Assembly (NCBI GenBank): GCA_963548925.1
Contig: CAUUWI010000001.1
Coordinates: 1-55,639 of the forward strand
Direction of reading: 5' to 3'
Length of the DNA stretch: 55,639 nt
Origin: an uncultured Leptotrichia sp.
GTDB lineage: Bacteria > Fusobacteriota > Fusobacteriia > Fusobacteriales > Leptotrichiaceae
Positions 52,913 to 55,639 of the stretch are shown one piece after another. Position 1 is the stretch's first letter. Each line of letters starts with the position of its first letter. Under the pieces are notes generated by a model, which saw only the letters and a list, made by a program, of their open reading frames with translations, was not told the origin of the DNA and did no database searches. Both the position numbers and the translations under genes were made by a program.

Positions 52913-53923
52913 ATGAGAAATATTTTATTTGGTATAATTTTGGCTGCATTAGGAGGAAATGTAGTATTTGCATCCAGCAACAATCAAATTAAAGTAAATA
53001 ATGAGCAAATTGAAATTCAAGAGATAACAACAGAGAAAATTAATAAGAAAATAAAAATTCCTGAAAACAAAACATCAGAGAAACAACTTAAAAAAAGTAA
53101 CATAATTTCTAAAATCAGAGGAAAAGAGTGGAAATTAGTTTGGAATGATGAATTTAATGGAAATAAATTGGATAGTTCAAAATGGGCTTATTGGGAAAAT
53201 GGAAATCCTTGGCATGCTGGAAATTACCTTGATGAAAATGGAAACTTAGTTAATAAATATGGATTTGATGCAAAACACTACTATCTAAGAGACAATGTTA
53301 AAGTTGAAAATGGAAATATGATTATAACATTAAAAAAGGAAAATGATAAAAAAGTAAATATAGATGGTGTTGATAGAAAAATTCTTTATAGTTCAGGAGC
53401 AATACATACAAGAAATATCTATAATGTAAAATATGGAAAAATTGAAATGAGAGCAGCTATGCCAAAAGGAATAGGCACTTGGCCAGCATTCTGGTTATGG
53501 CCTGAAGGATATTCCTTAGCCTCAGGAAAAATGGCAGAAGGTGAGATTGATATTGTTGAAACTTATGGAGATAATATGAAACGTGCAACTGGAACACTTC
53601 ATGTTTTAAAAGACGATAACACATACAAAACATTTGATGGAGATGATTATAAATTAAGTAAATGGCCTAGAGAAAAATTGACAAATTTCAACACATATGC
53701 AATTGAATGGAATGATAAGGAAATAAAATGGCTGTTTAACAATAAAGTGTATAAAAGATTTTCTTACAAGGAATTAGATAAAAGAGGTCTGCAGAATCCG
53801 TTTAATCAACCATATTTCATGATGATAAATGTGGCTTTGCAAAACAAGACTGGAGAAGATGGGGATGTGGATTTTCCAACTGAAATGAAAGTTGATTACG
53901 TAAGAGTTTACCAAAAACAATAA
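52913..53923 (+). CDS. secreted glycoside hydrolase family 16
   Basis: Signal peptide, WKLVWNDEF, YSSG, YGKIE.RA, WPAFW, catalytic EIDIVE and VDYVRVYQ; ATG 52913 follows AAGGAG. Confidence 0.9.
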   Translation: MRNILFGIILAALGGNVVFASSNNQIKVNNEQIEIQEITTEKINKKIKIPENKTSEKQLKKSNIISKIRGKEWKLVWNDEFNGNKLDSSKWAYWENGNPWHAGNYLDENGNLVNKYGFDAKHYYLRDNVKVENGNMIITLKKENDKKVNIDGVDRKILYSSGAIHTRNIYNVKYGKIEMRAAMPKGIGTWPAFWLWPEGYSLASGKMAEGEIDIVETYGDNMKRATGTLHVLKDDNTYKTFDGDDYKLSKWPREKLTNFNTYAIEWNDKEIKWLFNNKVYKRFSYKELDKRGLQNPFNQPYFMMINVALQNKTGEDGDVDFPTEMKVDYVRVYQKQ

Positions 53924-54131
53924 AATTTCTAACTCTAAGATATAAAAATACATTATTTCAAATTTCTTAAACGTATTAAACATGGGCTATATTTCTCAAT
54001 TTTTCTTAAAATCATAACCCATACTTTTTAATTCTCAGATAAAAAGCAAATTACATTTTCTGAACATTTGCCTTCATTTATTCATATATTTTAATCAATA
54101 CGGAATATTCTCAATTTTTTTAAGATTTTAG

Positions 54132-54285
54132 TAGGGCGTGTCTAAAAACTCTCAAAATAATGAATTTTTAACAAATTTTTCTAAAATCAAAAATAATAAA
54201 CACTGATTTTATCGTGATTTGTATAATTTGTAAAACAAAAAAACATTAGAAATAACATAGATTTTGAGTTTTCAGACACAGCCTA
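54132..54285. mobile_element. 154 bp MITE-like element with 20 bp imperfect terminal inverted repeats
   Basis: TAGGGCGTGTCTAAAAACTC (54132-54151) versus GAGTTTTCAGACACAGCCTA (54266-54285); TA at both ends; non-coding interior. Confidence 0.7.
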
Positions 54286-54855
54286 TTCAAAATAATTTTT
54301 GTTTTTATCAAATTTCTGTTGAATTTTATCTTTATCAGAAATCGTCAGTTCATCGGGATTTATTCCAAATTCTTCAAATTTCCAGTCAATATTTATTGTT
54401 TCATCATTCCATAAAATCCCACTATCATATTCTGGGGCATATAAATCTGTGCATTTATAAGTAAATTCCGTTTCATCTTCAAGTGTTAAAAAACCATGTG
54501 CAAAGCCTTCTGGAATGCAAAACATCAATTTGTTTTCAGCAGATAATTTTACTGCATACCATTTTCCAAAAGTTTCGCTGTCTTTTCTCAAATCAACTGC
54601 CACATCATAAACGCTTCCTTTTATCACACGTACTAATTTCCCTTGAGTGTGTTTTGTCTGGAAGTGAAGTCCACGTAAAACGCCTTTTTTGGATTTTGAA
54701 TGGTTGTCTTGGACAAAACTCATTGTAAGTCCTAATTCTTCAAAGGATTTCTGGTTATAAGTTTCCATAAAAAATCCTCTTTCGTCACCAAAAACTTTTG
54801 GCTCGATTATTACTAAATCTTTTATTAGGGTTTCTTTTATTGTAAAATTATTCAT
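54283..54855 (-). CDS. rmlC: dTDP-4-dehydrorhamnose 3,5-epimerase
   Basis: FGDERGFF, FVQDNHS, GVLRGLHFQ, DVAVDLR and PEGFAHGF. Confidence 0.95.
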   Translation of the reverse strand: MNNFTIKETLIKDLVIIEPKVFGDERGFFMETYNQKSFEELGLTMSFVQDNHSKSKKGVLRGLHFQTKHTQGKLVRVIKGSVYDVAVDLRKDSETFGKWYAVKLSAENKLMFCIPEGFAHGFLTLEDETEFTYKCTDLYAPEYDSGILWNDETINIDWKFEEFGINPDELTISDKDKIQQKFDKNKNYFE

Positions 54856-54887
54856 TGATTTGCTCCTTTTTTATAATTTTAGTATTT

Positions 54888-55639
54888 TTATTCTAAATTT
54901 GGGTTATCTAATACGATATCTCTTTGCCAATTGAAATTCTCAGGTACCCGAAGCGATCCAGAAATTGTAACTTTTTTATTGACGTATCGTGTGTACCTGC
55001 TGTCATTGTTAATAATATTTAACTGAATTTGCTTGCCACTCATGTTATCTACAGTTATTGAATTTGGAAGCTCCAAAACATAAAAATGTATCGTATTTCC
55101 CGAAAAAGCGCCAAATTCCTTAACTTCTGAAAAATATCTCAAAGTTCCTGTCAAAGTGACATTATCACCACCTGAATATGAAGAACGTGTTCTATTTTTG
55201 CTATAATTTACATTAGAGTCATAGCCATCGTATCCATAATTTCCACCTGAACTCCCTGATGAAACATACGATCCACCGCTTTTTTCTATGTAGCCGTAAT
55301 TTTGATTTGTAAAACTTGGAAAATTTGTTTTTATTCCTGTAATTAATGAATTTATTTCATTTTTGAACCATTTTTGATATTCTGGAAGTAGAATTAGTGT
55401 ATTTTTACTTCTCAAAAGTGATTGTACATCATTCAATGAATATGTTTTATAATTCTCTCTCTTATATTTTTTTCCATTTTTTACATATGAACCTGCTCCA
55501 ATTATTATTTCCGTATCTTTAAACTCAATATATCTTATATCTGGATAGCCATCTGAATCTTTTTTTTTACTTTCAAAAGCCGTGTAAGCTACTGCAAACT
55601 CCCTTTCTCCAACACGAACTACATGCATAACAAAATTTA
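54888..55639 (-). CDS. hypothetical protein, 5' end outside the window; Gly/Ser/Tyr-rich linker and small C-terminal beta domain
   Basis: Frame stays open to the window edge; C-terminus VTLTGTL...KKVTISGSL resembles DUF4431. Confidence 0.65.
   Translation of the reverse strand, partial: NFVMHVVRVGEREFAVAYTAFESKKKDSDGYPDIRYIEFKDTEIIIGAGSYVKNGKKYKRENYKTYSLNDVQSLLRSKNTLILLPEYQKWFKNEINSLITGIKTNFPSFTNQNYGYIEKSGGSYVSSGSSGGNYGYDGYDSNVNYSKNRTRSSYSGGDNVTLTGTLRYFSEVKEFGAFSGNTIHFYVLELPNSITVDNMSGKQIQLNIINNDSRYTRYVNKKVTISGSLRVPENFNWQRDIVLDNPNLE

Noticed and set aside
53988..54127. Imperfect direct repeat around TCTCAATTTTT at about 53994 and 54109
   Set aside because: Only two short AT-rich copies; not CRISPR-like and within chance expectation

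Overview
Very AT-rich bacterial DNA whose gene content and order suggest Leptotrichia or a related member of the Fusobacteriota (inference). The left ~14 kb is mostly housekeeping: YigZ, two tandem paralogous exported proteins, a site-2 protease, a lipase, mreB, holB, pth, kdsC, a FakA-FakB fusion and birA, plus a decayed AraC/GyrI regulator. Positions 14.1-52.5 kb form one minus-strand surface-polysaccharide locus. It has an initiating phosphoglycosyltransferase, rmlA, manC-gmd-rmd (GDP-D-rhamnose), a wzm/wzt ABC exporter with a C-terminal binding domain, a coiled-coil methyltransferase chain terminator, GT4 polymerases, and a WbbK/WbbJ/WbbL-like adapter set with a dTDP-6-deoxy-L-talose reductase. 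In the middle sit three stacked extracytoplasmic decoration cassettes of the GT2/GtrA/GT-C type. The most unusual cassette (20.1-29.6 kb) combines two nucleotidyltransferases, a class II aldolase/epimerase, a GT-C membrane protein fused to a phosphoribulokinase-like domain, a HAD phosphatase and a GDPD-like enzyme. I read it as a candidate pathway for making and attaching a ketose (xylulose/ribulose-type) side chain. It is bracketed by IS30-end-like sequences. The window also holds two kinds of MITE, an IS30 relic, a triply frameshifted GT-C gene, a GH16 hydrolase and rmlC. All family assignments come from motif recognition by eye; no database search was run.
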